DNA from: Candidatus Sumerlaeaceae bacterium
GTDB taxonomy: Bacteria > Sumerlaeota > Sumerlaeia > Sumerlaeales > Sumerlaeaceae
Direction: 5' to 3'
Assembly (NCBI GenBank): GCA_049968255.1
Contig: JBMFRB010000002.1
Location: forward strand, 413,881 to 477,880
Length of the DNA stretch: 64,000 nucleotides
Positions 10,086 through 19,863 of this stretch are shown piece after piece. Each line of letters starts with the position of its first letter. Positions within the stretch are counted from its first letter, which is position 1. The notes beneath the pieces are model-generated. The model made no database searches. It worked only from the letters and a program-made list of their open reading frames with translations, and was not told the origin of the DNA. A program made the position numbers and the translations under genes.

Positions 10086-11321
10086 ATGCCAGAGTACACG
10101 TACGAGGCACTGGACAAAAGCGGCAAGCAGGTGAAGGGGATCATCGAGGCGAGCAGCGAAGACGTCATTATCGAAAAGCTGCGCAACATGGGCTACTACC
10201 CACTTAGCGTCACGCTGAACAAGAAAAAAGCCGCCCAGGTCGACGTTCTCGCATTGCCCGGACTGCGAAACATCTTTCACCGCGTGAAAACGAAGCATGT
10301 CACGACTTTTACTCGCCAGTTGGCGACCTTGATCGATGCGGGATTGCCGATTGTGCGCTCGCTGCGCATCCTCGAGGAGCAGGTTGAGTCCGTCATCTTT
10401 AAAGAAGTCATCAAGAAGATCGCCGACGACATCGAAGCAGGTTCCACATTGTCTGATGCACTGGCTAAACATCCGAAAATTTTCGACTCTCTTTACGTGA
10501 ACATGGTCCGAGCTGGTGAGCTCGGCGGTGTGCTCGAAACAATCCTCAACAAAATTGCGGAATTCCTGGAAAAACGCCAGTACATCATTGGCAAAATCAA
10601 GTCGGCCATGATGTACCCGATCATCGTGATGGTCTTGGCCACTGGCATCGTGGCGTTCATCCTCATCGTCATCATGCCGAAATTTGCCGAGATTTTCACC
10701 CAGCTTGGCGCAGAATTGCCATGGCTTACCCAAACTCTCATCGATATCAGTTACATCCTGATGCATTATGCCCACTGGGTTGTCCTCGGCCTAATTCTGC
10801 TCGGCTGGATCATAAAGAAAATCAATCAGACCAAAGAGGGAAAACTCGTCTTCGACACCATCAAACTCAAGTTGCCTGTTTTTGGTGAACTCTTTCGCAA
10901 ATCGGCTATTGTCCGGTTCGCGAGCACCCTTGCAACGTTGATCACATCCGGAGTCCCCATTTTGCAGGCCCTCGATATCGTGCGGGAAACGAGCGGCAAT
11001 GAGGTTGTGTCACGGGCAATGGATGAAGTTTACGAGTCCGTGAAAGAAGGCGAGACCATCCATGAGCCTCTGAGCCGCTGCCCTGTTTTCCCACCGCTCG
11101 TGGTGCACATGGTGGCTGTCGGCGAAGAAACAGGTGCTATCGATCAGATGCTCAACAAAGTCGCAGAGGCTTACGAGCGTGAAGTAGACGATATGGTGAA
11201 CGCGATGACGTCGCTGCTCGAGCCGTTATTGATTGTTTTCTTGGGCGTAATCGTCGGAGTAATCGTGGTGGCACTCTATCTCCCACTCTTCACCCTCCCG
11301 AAAGTTGTGGGAAAAGACTAA
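10086..11321 (+). CDS. pilC: Type IV pilus / T2SS inner-membrane platform protein (PilC/GspF)
   Basis: FTRQLATLIDAGLPI, MVRAGELGG, MVAVGEETG and LLEPLLIV; GGAG RBS before ATG 10086. Confidence 0.92.
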   Translation: MPEYTYEALDKSGKQVKGIIEASSEDVIIEKLRNMGYYPLSVTLNKKKAAQVDVLALPGLRNIFHRVKTKHVTTFTRQLATLIDAGLPIVRSLRILEEQVESVIFKEVIKKIADDIEAGSTLSDALAKHPKIFDSLYVNMVRAGELGGVLETILNKIAEFLEKRQYIIGKIKSAMMYPIIVMVLATGIVAFILIVIMPKFAEIFTQLGAELPWLTQTLIDISYILMHYAHWVVLGLILLGWIIKKINQTKEGKLVFDTIKLKLPVFGELFRKSAIVRFASTLATLITSGVPILQALDIVRETSGNEVVSRAMDEVYESVKEGETIHEPLSRCPVFPPLVVHMVAVGEETGAIDQMLNKVAEAYEREVDDMVNAMTSLLEPLLIVFLGVIVGVIVVALYLPLFTLPKVVGKD

Positions 11322-11345
11322 GTGGGGACTCGTGCAAAAAATTCA

Positions 11346-11422
11346 TGGCGTGCCCAGGAGGACTTGAACCCCCAACCTACAGATCCGTAGTCTGTCGCTC
11401 TATCCAATTGAGCTATGGGCAC
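11346..11422 (-). tRNA. tRNA-Arg (ACG), CCA encoded
   Basis: Reverse complement GTGCCCATAGCTCAATTGGATAGAGCG-ACAGA-CTACGGA-TCTGT-AGGTTGGGGGTTCAAGTCCTCCTGGGCACGCCA folds as a cloverleaf. Confidence 0.97.
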
Positions 11423-11495
11423 GCACCTGCGCGCGGCCATTTCGTGGCAGCGCCATATTTTACTCGATTTTTGACCTAACTATTCATCGACAACT

Positions 11496-12999
11496 GTGAG
11501 CATGAAATCGTCTGCTCTATCCGCCAGCAACGAAGACGTGCTGAAGCACCTTGGTCCATCTCGTCATATGGGCTGGAAAGGGCTACTGGTGGGCTTGGTT
11601 GCCGTGCTTTGGTTCTCAGTTGGCATTTGGAGAGGGCTGACTGTAGATGAGTACACGACGTGGGACAATACACGAAAGCCGCTGCATGCGCTTGTGGAGA
11701 ATCGGTTCCGCGCGGGGCATGTTCCAACCTTCTTTATTCTGGAATACACGTGGGTCCGCCTCGCAGGCGATTCCGAAATCGCCTTGCGGGCTCCTTCGGT
11801 TTTATTAGCGGCAGTATCAGCAAGCTTCGTATTTCTTTTCGTATCGTCAGCTCTATCCCCCTACTTCGGGGCGCTGGTCACCGTGCTCTATGTCACGAAT
11901 CAGGTTACGGTTTGGTGTGCACAAAACGCCCGTCCTTATGCGGCAATACTGTGTGCTGCAGCCGGGATTGTGTGGTGCCTGCAGCAATGGTTTGCTCGTC
12001 GCAGCCGTAACTATCTTTTTCTTGCTGTGATTTTTGTGGTGTTGGGAATGTCCTTTTACGCGGCATTTGGCCTCAGCGTACTGGCTCTCATGTGTGCAGT
12101 CATTGTGAGCAGAGTTCCGGGAGTGCAAAAGAGGGATGGTGTGATCGCGCTCGTCATTCCCCTCGTTCTGATGTTTGGTCCGACGCTTGTTCTCGCTATC
12201 CGCCAAGAAAAGTTCACTGAAGTTGGCACTGAACCATTTCAGTTTGATCTGCGCCAGCCATTTTTCCTATTGGCGCGCGTTGTTTTCGGCGATTATCGCC
12301 TTTGGGCACGTGGCGCTATGCGATGGCTGAATCTGCTTTTATTCGTTACTCTCTTTTACGGCGCATGGCAGGAAGTCTCTCGCCTGAAAAACGGCTCCTG
12401 GAAAGTTTGGTTCGACAATTACGGGCTGCTTGCGTGGCTTGGAGTGCCACTTAATAGGACTCGCGATGACAGAAACCATCACGGCCTCAAACGTCCTAAG
12501 CCATCCCCGATATCTTGTTCATATTTTATTGCCTATTAGCTTCATTACCGCCCTTGGGATTTCTTATTATGCTAATGTTTTATCAAGTTTTCTGAACATT
12601 AGACACATTTTTCGGCTGTTGACCGGGGTGATTCTCTCTCTCAATCTCACAAGCACAATCGCATGGATTCGTACTGACGGCGACGGCCCTCACACACTCG
12701 CGCCCAAGCTCCTGCGTGCAGCTTCCCACTCCGCTGCTGTTGCGGGAACAACGTTGCCACTTGAGTACGAATGGCGAAAATTACCACATCCCCCCCTTGT
12801 GCCGGTTTATGGGCTGAATGCTGCGGAACTTGATGCGATAATCTCGGCGATGCTAAGCCGAGGCGAAATCTGGCTGTTCATTTACGACAACCACCGCACG
12901 ATTCTTGATGACTATGTTGCGAGGGAAAACGGTAACAGCCACTTAGTTGTACGTGGGCTGAAAGAGAAAGACGCGCGGGCTTTCCTCTTGCAACCCTAG
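11496..12999 (+). pseudogene. GT-C (ArnT/PMT_2, GT39-like) glycosyltransferase split by a +1 frameshift near 12450 (ORFs 11496-12539 and 12430-12999); pseudogene or sequencing error
   Basis: The N-part has GLTVDEYTT, AGHVPTFF, SEIALRAPS and NARPY. The C-part carries HPRYL in another frame. Removing one base gives about 500 aa, like the two paralogs downstream. Confidence 0.75.
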
Positions 13000-13076
13000 C
13001 TGAAAGAGAAGCAAGTCGCTACGGGTGATGACTGCTTTGTTTCATCCCCCAAAATCTTTTGCGGAGTCAAGAACGT

Positions 13077-14189
13077 ATGCCAAACGTCCCATTCGTTGAC
13101 CTTTATCCACAATACGCCGAACTGAAAAACGAAATTGATGCCGCAGTTGAGCGGGCAATCAAAACATCTTCATTCATCGGGGGAAAGCCTGTCTCAGATT
13201 TCGAAAAAGATCTTGCTGCATCGGTTGGCACCCAGTATGCAGTGGGAGTCGCTAATGCCACGTCCGCACTGTGGATGACTCTCAAGGCTCTCGGCGTTGG
13301 GCCGGACGACGAGGTGATTACGACGCCGCTAACGGCCTTTCCAACGGCGGAGGCAATTATGCTCAATGGCGCAACGGTGGTTTTTGCTGACATTGACCAA
13401 GAAACGTTCCAGATCTCCCCTTCAGAAATTGAACGGAAAATCACATCTCGCACTAAGGGCATCGTACCGGTTCATCTTTATGGAATACCAGTAAATCTGC
13501 CCCGCATCCTTGAGATTGCTAATAGCAGGAATATCCCTGTAGTTGAAGACTGCGCACAAGCGCAGGGTGCAGAAATTGGGCAAAACCGCGTCGGCAGCAT
13601 GGGAGTGGCCGGATGTTTCTCTTTCTTCCCATCAAAAAACTTGGGATGCTGGGGTGATGGCGGGGCACTGTGTACAAACGACGAGAATGTAGCGCGCTTT
13701 GTGCGAATGTTTTCAAACCACGGCCGTTTGGAAAAATTTACTCACGAGATTCCCGGGGCCAATGAGCGCCTTGATGCCCTCCATGCAGCGGTTCTGCGGA
13801 TCAAACTCACGAAGCTTGACGAGTGGAACGCTAAGCGTCGCGCGATTGCGGACTTTTACTCGGAAAAACTCGCGCACATCGAAGAAGTGCGAACGCCGAA
13901 AACATACCCCAACACAACTCCCGTCTGGCACCTGTATGTTATTCGCGCTAAAGAACGCGACAAGCTAGCGAAATATCTCAAAGAGAAAGGAATTGGGACG
14001 GGCCTGCATTACCCATTGCCGCTGCATTTGCAACCTGCCATGGGCGGAGAACAGCGGCGCGGCGAGCTGCCTGTGGTCGAAAAAACGACCGAAGAAATTC
14101 TCTCGTTGCCAATGTACCCACACATGCCGATCGAAGCAGCACAGCAGGTGGTCCAGGAGATCGAGAATTTCTACGCGAAGAAATCATAG
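13077..14189 (+). CDS. DegT/DnrJ/EryC1/StrS PLP-dependent nucleotide-sugar aminotransferase
   Basis: VEDCAQAQG, PLP-lysine motif FSFFPSKNLGCWGDGG, NERLD and LHYPLPLHLQP. Confidence 0.93.
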   Translation: MPNVPFVDLYPQYAELKNEIDAAVERAIKTSSFIGGKPVSDFEKDLAASVGTQYAVGVANATSALWMTLKALGVGPDDEVITTPLTAFPTAEAIMLNGATVVFADIDQETFQISPSEIERKITSRTKGIVPVHLYGIPVNLPRILEIANSRNIPVVEDCAQAQGAEIGQNRVGSMGVAGCFSFFPSKNLGCWGDGGALCTNDENVARFVRMFSNHGRLEKFTHEIPGANERLDALHAAVLRIKLTKLDEWNAKRRAIADFYSEKLAHIEEVRTPKTYPNTTPVWHLYVIRAKERDKLAKYLKEKGIGTGLHYPLPLHLQPAMGGEQRRGELPVVEKTTEEILSLPMYPHMPIEAAQQVVQEIENFYAKKS

Positions 14190-14290
14190 CTCCCTGCGGT
14201 TGGTTGGGCCCGCTTCAGGAGCGTTGCGGGGCAAGACGAGTCTCCTAGTGTTTGCAAACTCGCAACAAGCATAATAGGAAATCATCGGCT

Positions 14291-15028
14291 ATGAACAGTT
14301 CTCGTGTAGAAATCTCGGTTGTGGTGCCGTGTTTCAACGAAGAAGACAATATTGAGCCACTCCTTCGGGAGTTAGAAACAGTTCTAGGCAAAACAGGGAA
14401 GCCGTTCGAAATTATCTACGTGGATGATTGCAGCACAGATCACTCGCTCGCACGTCTCCTTGCAGCACGCAGGTCTCGTCCTTTCCTGCGCGTCGTGAGG
14501 CACAAACGTAATCTTGGCGAAAGTGCCGCCATTCTGTCCGGGTATGAAGTAGCTCATGGTGCGATTGTGTTTTCGATGGACGCAGATCTACAGAATGATC
14601 CAGCCGACATACCGCAGTTTTTAGCTGCGCTCGAGCAGGCGGACGCTGTGTGTGGTGTACGGGCTAAGCGGGAAGACTCGTGGTCCAAGCGCATGTCTTC
14701 GCGGGTGGCGAACAAGGTCCGTGGGTTTTTGCTCAAGGATGAGATCCACGATGCTGGCTGCACATACCGAGCCATTCGTCGTGAAGCGCTTGTGCAGCTC
14801 ATCGGGTTCCGCGGCCTGCACCGATTTATCCCGACGATCCTAAAATACCATGGCTTTCGCGTTGTGGAGATCAGCGTGAATCACCGGCCCCGTGCGCGTG
14901 GTTACTCGAAATATGGAATCGGCAACAGACTTTGGGTCGGCATTCTCGACCTCATCGGAATGATGTGGTACAGAACACGTTTCTTCCCACCCCATCGGGC
15001 GGAAGAAATCATGCCGGAGGCGGAATGA
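14291..15028 (+). CDS. GT2 polyprenyl-phosphate glycosyltransferase (ArnC/DPM1-like)
   Basis: VVPCFNEEDNI, VDDCSTD, MDADLQNDPADI, HDAGC, HRFIP and HRPR..GYSKY. Confidence 0.88.
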   Translation: MNSSRVEISVVVPCFNEEDNIEPLLRELETVLGKTGKPFEIIYVDDCSTDHSLARLLAARRSRPFLRVVRHKRNLGESAAILSGYEVAHGAIVFSMDADLQNDPADIPQFLAALEQADAVCGVRAKREDSWSKRMSSRVANKVRGFLLKDEIHDAGCTYRAIRREALVQLIGFRGLHRFIPTILKYHGFRVVEISVNHRPRARGYSKYGIGNRLWVGILDLIGMMWYRTRFFPPHRAEEIMPEAE

Positions 15029-15750
15029 CGCCATCCAAGCCCAAACAGCGTTGGCTGAAGGATGCATTGCGCATTTTGTTGGTCGCAGCTATTTTCGGTA
15101 CCACTGCGTACGTTTTGAGTTTGCCCCAGGTGCGCACGGAATTTTTCGACGTTGCTCACGTGCGAAATCTCATTCAGTCGCGTGGGCAGACTGGATTGCT
15201 TCTTTTCATTGCCGTGGCAGCCCTGGTTATTGGCCTCGGAGTTCCACGTCTGTGGGTAAGCGCTCTAGCAGGGGGCCTATTCGGCGCATCAATGGGGACG
15301 GTCGTGGGCCAACTTGCTTCAACTTTAGGAGCGATCATAACCTTTTACATTGCGCGCTTCATTTTGCGAAGCGTGTTGGTGCGCCGAATGCCGCCCCGCA
15401 TGCGGGTATGGTATGATCGCATTAATCGGCGTGGTTTTTTCTGGCTTTTCTATATTCGGCTTTTTCCCTTCGCGAACGCGACGGTGACAAACCTCATTGG
15501 AGGCGTTTCGCAGGTCTCGCTGGGCACTTTTCTCATTGCGACGTTCCTGGGTTACCTCCCTGAGACAATTATTTTTGCTATTTTTGGCAGCTCTGCGGCA
15601 AAAAAGGATTCCGTTCAGTTTGCCATCGCCTTCGGCGCGTTGGTTGTGTTTCTCGCCATCGAGCGGACTTGGCAATACCTTAGGAAACGGCGAGGAGCTT
15701 TGGCGCAAGAGGAAGAACTCGCCGAAACACAGAATTTGGAGGAGGTTTGA
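15025..15750 (+). CDS. TVP38/TMEM64 (DedA/VTT) membrane protein, probable lipid-linked sugar flippase
   Basis: AGGLFG..GT, IRLFPF and FLIATFLGYLP VTT motifs; ATGA overlap with the GT2 stop. Confidence 0.85.
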   Translation: MTPSKPKQRWLKDALRILLVAAIFGTTAYVLSLPQVRTEFFDVAHVRNLIQSRGQTGLLLFIAVAALVIGLGVPRLWVSALAGGLFGASMGTVVGQLASTLGAIITFYIARFILRSVLVRRMPPRMRVWYDRINRRGFFWLFYIRLFPFANATVTNLIGGVSQVSLGTFLIATFLGYLPETIIFAIFGSSAAKKDSVQFAIAFGALVVFLAIERTWQYLRKRRGALAQEEELAETQNLEEV

Positions 15751-15753
15751 GAC

Positions 15754-16743
15754 ATGGGTGAGATTCGTTTGGCAGTGGTTGGTTGCGGGCTCATGGGGCA
15801 GCGTCACGCCGACATTATCCGCTCAACACCTGGGCTGCGTCTCACAGCTGTTTTTGATACCGATCGTGCCAGAGCCGAAAAAGCAGCTGGCAACGCGCGT
15901 ATTGCTGGCTCATACGATGATATCCTTAGCAGTGGAGACGTGGACGGCGTTGTGCTAGCGCTGCCGAGTTTTCTTCATGTTGAATACGGCATCAAGGCAG
16001 CTACGGCCCGCAAACATGTGATCTTGGAGAAGCCGATCTCCATAGATGTCGAATCGGGAGAACAATTGATCGCAGCATGCAAGCAGGCTGGCGTATTCTG
16101 CGCCGTTATAAGTCAGAATCGTTTCTCGGATGGTCATGCTGCCTTGCACAACGCGTTACGTCGTGGCGATTTGGGAGAACCCATATTGGTGCGGGGATCG
16201 GTCAAGTGGTTTCGTCATGATGAATACTATACACAAAGTGACTGGCGTGGACGTGTGCAGGGGGAAGGCGGCGGCGTGTTGATGAACCAGGCGACCCACA
16301 CGCTCGACCTGATGCTCTGGTTTTTTGGAGTGCCACAGGTCGTAGCTGGGCTAACGAGTAGCACGCGAGCGGTGCTCGAGACTGAAGACGTCGGCGTAGC
16401 GATGTTTCGTTTCGGCCCGCGTTGCGTAGGGACTTTTGAGGCGACAACAAGCGCCTTTCCTGGATTTGAAGAACGGGTAGAAGTCCATGGTCCCCTTGCG
16501 TCGTGTATTGTCGAAAAGGGGAAAATGATATACTGGAAACACGCAAAAGAGGTGGCGCAGCCATTGCCGCCGGTTTTCGAAGAGCCCACGCCAGGACTTG
16601 ATCCCAAATACGTGCTTTTCCAACGGCAATACCGGAACATCATCAAGGCTATGCGCGGAGAAGAACCATTGCTTGTCACGCCAGAGCAAGCCCTCGATGT
16701 GGTACGTGTAACACGGGCCATCTATACAAACCAACCGTCGTGA
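15754..16743 (+). CDS. Gfo/Idh/MocA oxidoreductase (WlbA/WbpB/GnnA-like nucleotide-sugar 3-dehydrogenase)
   Basis: GCGLMG Rossmann motif, KHVILEKP and WRG..EGGGVLMNQATHTLD; GGAGG RBS. Confidence 0.88.
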   Translation: MGEIRLAVVGCGLMGQRHADIIRSTPGLRLTAVFDTDRARAEKAAGNARIAGSYDDILSSGDVDGVVLALPSFLHVEYGIKAATARKHVILEKPISIDVESGEQLIAACKQAGVFCAVISQNRFSDGHAALHNALRRGDLGEPILVRGSVKWFRHDEYYTQSDWRGRVQGEGGGVLMNQATHTLDLMLWFFGVPQVVAGLTSSTRAVLETEDVGVAMFRFGPRCVGTFEATTSAFPGFEERVEVHGPLASCIVEKGKMIYWKHAKEVAQPLPPVFEEPTPGLDPKYVLFQRQYRNIIKAMRGEEPLLVTPEQALDVVRVTRAIYTNQPS

Positions 16744-16768
16744 CACTCCCTTCGTTGCGCGGCAAATT

Positions 16769-18268
16769 ATGACAAACTCGTGGTCTCGTGATCCGCTGTG
16801 GACAATCGCAGTAGTGGCGTGTGTTGGTGCTGGGGTGGTGTGTGCCGCACACCTTGCGTATTCAGGCCTCTGGATTGACGAAATCTATACGCTCCACGCC
16901 ATTGCACTCCCGTGGAAGGAGATGATCATCGAGCGCCTGTCGCGGGGCCATTTCCCCCTGTATTTCACACTTATGAAGGTGTGGATGGGCCTCTGGCCAA
17001 CACCCTCAGAAGTGGTCTTGCGTTTACCTTCGCTCTTTTTTTGGCTCGTGTCTATTTGCACGTTCGCCTTGGTTCTGCGCAATGAAGCAAGCCCGCGCGC
17101 TGCACCCTTTGTGCTGGTTTTTCTTGCACTCAACGGACTCGGCCTGCGCCAAGCAAGCGAAGCGCGAATGTACACACTGGCGCTTTTCCTGGCGGTATGC
17201 TACACAGCCTCTTATCTTCACGTTGCGCGCCATGATAGAAGTCGAATTACACGCGTCGGGCTCATCCTTATTCCGGTCCTTGGTTTTTGGGCTACCAGCA
17301 CGTTTGTCCTCACTGTAGCCAGTTTCCTCTTCGACGCGATACGCCGGCGGAATCGATTGCTGCTTTGGCTCATTTCGCTCAGCCTTGTGCTGACATCGCT
17401 CACAGCTGTTGCTCCCCTCTTTGTTCATGCTGCAACCCGCGAACGATCCGAAATTGCCCACGTCCCGCCATCAGTGTTGCTGCTGCACCTTGTCACTTTT
17501 CTAACCGGGATCCTTGGGTGGGAGGATTATTACACCATTTATTCTCCGCTTGTAGTTCTGCAAATCATCGGAGCTGTAGAAGCTGTCATCTTATTAGCTT
17601 ATGCTTTACGAAGGTGGGATGACCTTCCCGAGCCAGCCAAAACCGGCTTCGGTGTGACAATGTTTCCCCTCGCCATAATGGTCGCCACTTGGGCCTTGGC
17701 GAAAGGTTTAGGCATCGGCACTGCGCTGCATGGACCTGCTCGCTATCTGATCGGCTCATTGCCAGCTGCTGCCATCTTTTCTGGGTCTGTCTTGAACATG
17801 GCTTGCAAAACGCACAAGCAACGGCTTGTCGTATTTCTAGGCGTGACCTCCATTCTCCTCCTGAATGCATTTACTGTAGCTCGCGTGTCTTTGGAATCCC
17901 CCCGCGAGCTCCTTGTTCGGTATTTCGCACCTCGTTGGCGGAGTAGCGACGCCGTCGTGGTCGTTCCCGAGCAGGCCAGAGAAGCTGTCAAGATGTACGT
18001 GCCCCAGGTAAAGATTGACGAAACTTTGCCGCGAAACCTGTCCGAGGCCGATGTACGTGCGAGGCTCGCCCAGTTTATCGGCCGCAGCCGATTGTGGTTG
18101 ATCTGGATTCACGGCAAATCTTCGTGCGCCGTGGCTGTTGCGGATCAACTCTTTGGCCGAGGGCTTTCCTCGTCGCCGCACCGTTATCTTGGCGAGCGAC
18201 GAGTTTTTCTTTACGAGGCGTCACAAGCACCAGCAGAACAGGTGCACGGGAACCGGAATGGACAATGA
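16769..18268 (+). CDS. GT-C (GT39/ArnT-like) membrane glycosyltransferase
   Basis: GLWIDEIYT, RGHFPLYF, SEVVLRLPS, EARMY and PARYL; multiple TM segments. Confidence 0.85.
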   Translation: MTNSWSRDPLWTIAVVACVGAGVVCAAHLAYSGLWIDEIYTLHAIALPWKEMIIERLSRGHFPLYFTLMKVWMGLWPTPSEVVLRLPSLFFWLVSICTFALVLRNEASPRAAPFVLVFLALNGLGLRQASEARMYTLALFLAVCYTASYLHVARHDRSRITRVGLILIPVLGFWATSTFVLTVASFLFDAIRRRNRLLLWLISLSLVLTSLTAVAPLFVHAATRERSEIAHVPPSVLLLHLVTFLTGILGWEDYYTIYSPLVVLQIIGAVEAVILLAYALRRWDDLPEPAKTGFGVTMFPLAIMVATWALAKGLGIGTALHGPARYLIGSLPAAAIFSGSVLNMACKTHKQRLVVFLGVTSILLLNAFTVARVSLESPRELLVRYFAPRWRSSDAVVVVPEQAREAVKMYVPQVKIDETLPRNLSEADVRARLAQFIGRSRLWLIWIHGKSSCAVAVADQLFGRGLSSSPHRYLGERRVFLYEASQAPAEQVHGNRNGQ

Positions 18269-19752
18269 GGCTGTTTGCTCAATTTCCGCGGGCGGCACTC
18301 GTAGTCGGTCTAGTTGGACTTGGCAGTTACCTGGTTTATGGAGCAACGTGTGTCGGCCTATGGATTGATGAGCTTTACACGCTCCACGCTATTAATCTGC
18401 CCTGGCCCGACATGCTTCTCGATCGGCTGCGACGTGGTCATCCTCCTCTCTATTTTCTGCTGGAAAAGATCGTTTGGGTACTCACGGGCGGAGCTTGGCT
18501 CTCTGTGGAATTTCGTCTGCGGCTACTGTCGCTTGTAAGCTGGGGCGGCGCAGTTGTTGCGTTTTTCAATCTGACCAGGCGCCTGCTCACCCCATCAGGT
18601 TCGCTTCTCGCATTAGCAATCTTTGCCCTGGGACATATCAGTGCGCCTCAAGCCGCAAATGGACGAATGTATGCCCTCGCCATCTTTTGCTCCGTGATAC
18701 ACATAGCCAGCTTTTTGCGCATTGTCCGACGCGATAGCGAGGAGCCTCATCGGTGGTGGCTTATCTTCCTCTTTTCATCCATCATCGGTTTGTGTGTGAC
18801 ACCGTCCTTTGCCTTGCTTATTTGCGGTACCACCTCGTCTTTTATTGCTGTTAAACCGTTGCGAAGCCAGGACGCACGCCTTGGAGCGTGTTCGCTTGTT
18901 ATCGCTGGTCTATTCTACGTGCCAGCCATTTACCTTTACCTGATCACGCCTCACCAGTTGGGCCCCGTAACAAAACATTGGAGTCGAGTCTATCTCGGCA
19001 TCCCCGCACTATTAACGGGAATTGGACGTGGCAAATTGCCAGACGATCAATGGTGGCAATGGGCCGCGTTGCTTGCCACTATCGGAGTCACTGGTTTTGT
19101 GTCTTGGGGTCTCATTTGGAAGTGGAGGGGGTTGGCCGAATGGAAACGCCGACTTGCTAGCGTTTTTCTCGCCCCGTTTCTGATTTTCTCCCTGTTCTTC
19201 GTGCTTTCCCTCTTCCCTCCTCTTGCATGGTTTCGGATTGGAACCGATCGTTACCTGGCAGTTTTTGCACCAGTGGGGGCATTGCTCGCAGCAGCCGTGT
19301 TCGAAGAAGTTTTTCACAGGCATATGATGAGTATTTTGACTGCCGCTCTGATTTTTGGAATCTTGATAACATTTCCACCAATTCACAAATCAGAAGGACA
19401 ACAATTTCGTGAAGAAATGCTCAACCTCCGAAAAGCAAACTTGCAAGGCGTTCCTACCATTTTATGTCCCCCGGAAATTGTTGAGGGGGTAAACTCTTAC
19501 TGCCCCGGTTTAGCAGTGATCGCCACTTTTGGAATCAATGCGCGAGCAAGAGAATCAATTGCCACAGCGGTCAAAGATGCAGTCACAAGCAATTCGGCGC
19601 TCATCATTTATTATCGAGGACACGTTCCCGAGGTGCTTGAGGCTTTCCGGGCAGGGTTCACATCTCACACTCTGATTTCGAAGCGACATTATGGCTCAAA
19701 GCGCGATCCCATTTTTGCCCTGTTTCTTTTCACCGGGCCAAGGGTCCACTGA
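18265..19752 (+). CDS. GT-C (GT39/ArnT-like) membrane glycosyltransferase
   Basis: GLWIDELYT, RGHPPLYF, EFRLRLLS, NGRMY and TDRYL; ATGA overlap with the previous gene. Confidence 0.85.
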   Translation: MRLFAQFPRAALVVGLVGLGSYLVYGATCVGLWIDELYTLHAINLPWPDMLLDRLRRGHPPLYFLLEKIVWVLTGGAWLSVEFRLRLLSLVSWGGAVVAFFNLTRRLLTPSGSLLALAIFALGHISAPQAANGRMYALAIFCSVIHIASFLRIVRRDSEEPHRWWLIFLFSSIIGLCVTPSFALLICGTTSSFIAVKPLRSQDARLGACSLVIAGLFYVPAIYLYLITPHQLGPVTKHWSRVYLGIPALLTGIGRGKLPDDQWWQWAALLATIGVTGFVSWGLIWKWRGLAEWKRRLASVFLAPFLIFSLFFVLSLFPPLAWFRIGTDRYLAVFAPVGALLAAAVFEEVFHRHMMSILTAALIFGILITFPPIHKSEGQQFREEMLNLRKANLQGVPTILCPPEIVEGVNSYCPGLAVIATFGINARARESIATAVKDAVTSNSALIIYYRGHVPEVLEAFRAGFTSHTLISKRHYGSKRDPIFALFLFTGPRVH

Positions 19753-19863
19753 AGGCCTGGTCACCAGAAATTAGCACTGCCAAAGACGCTATGTTTTCCT
19801 ATTTCACGCGCCACCAATCTTCTTGAAGCAGCTTGGCAGCAAAGATAGCAAATAAGGACTGCG

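Noticed and set aside
9885-10775. 296-aa antisense ORF over pilC, and similar shadow ORFs (31398-32282, 26596-27348, 23219-23986, 39357-40055)
   Set aside because: They lie opposite well-supported genes and have no motifs; typical shadow frames.
13103-13111. Perfect DnaA box TTATCCACA
   Set aside because: Single copy inside the DegT coding sequence, 23 kb from dnaA; plausible by chance.
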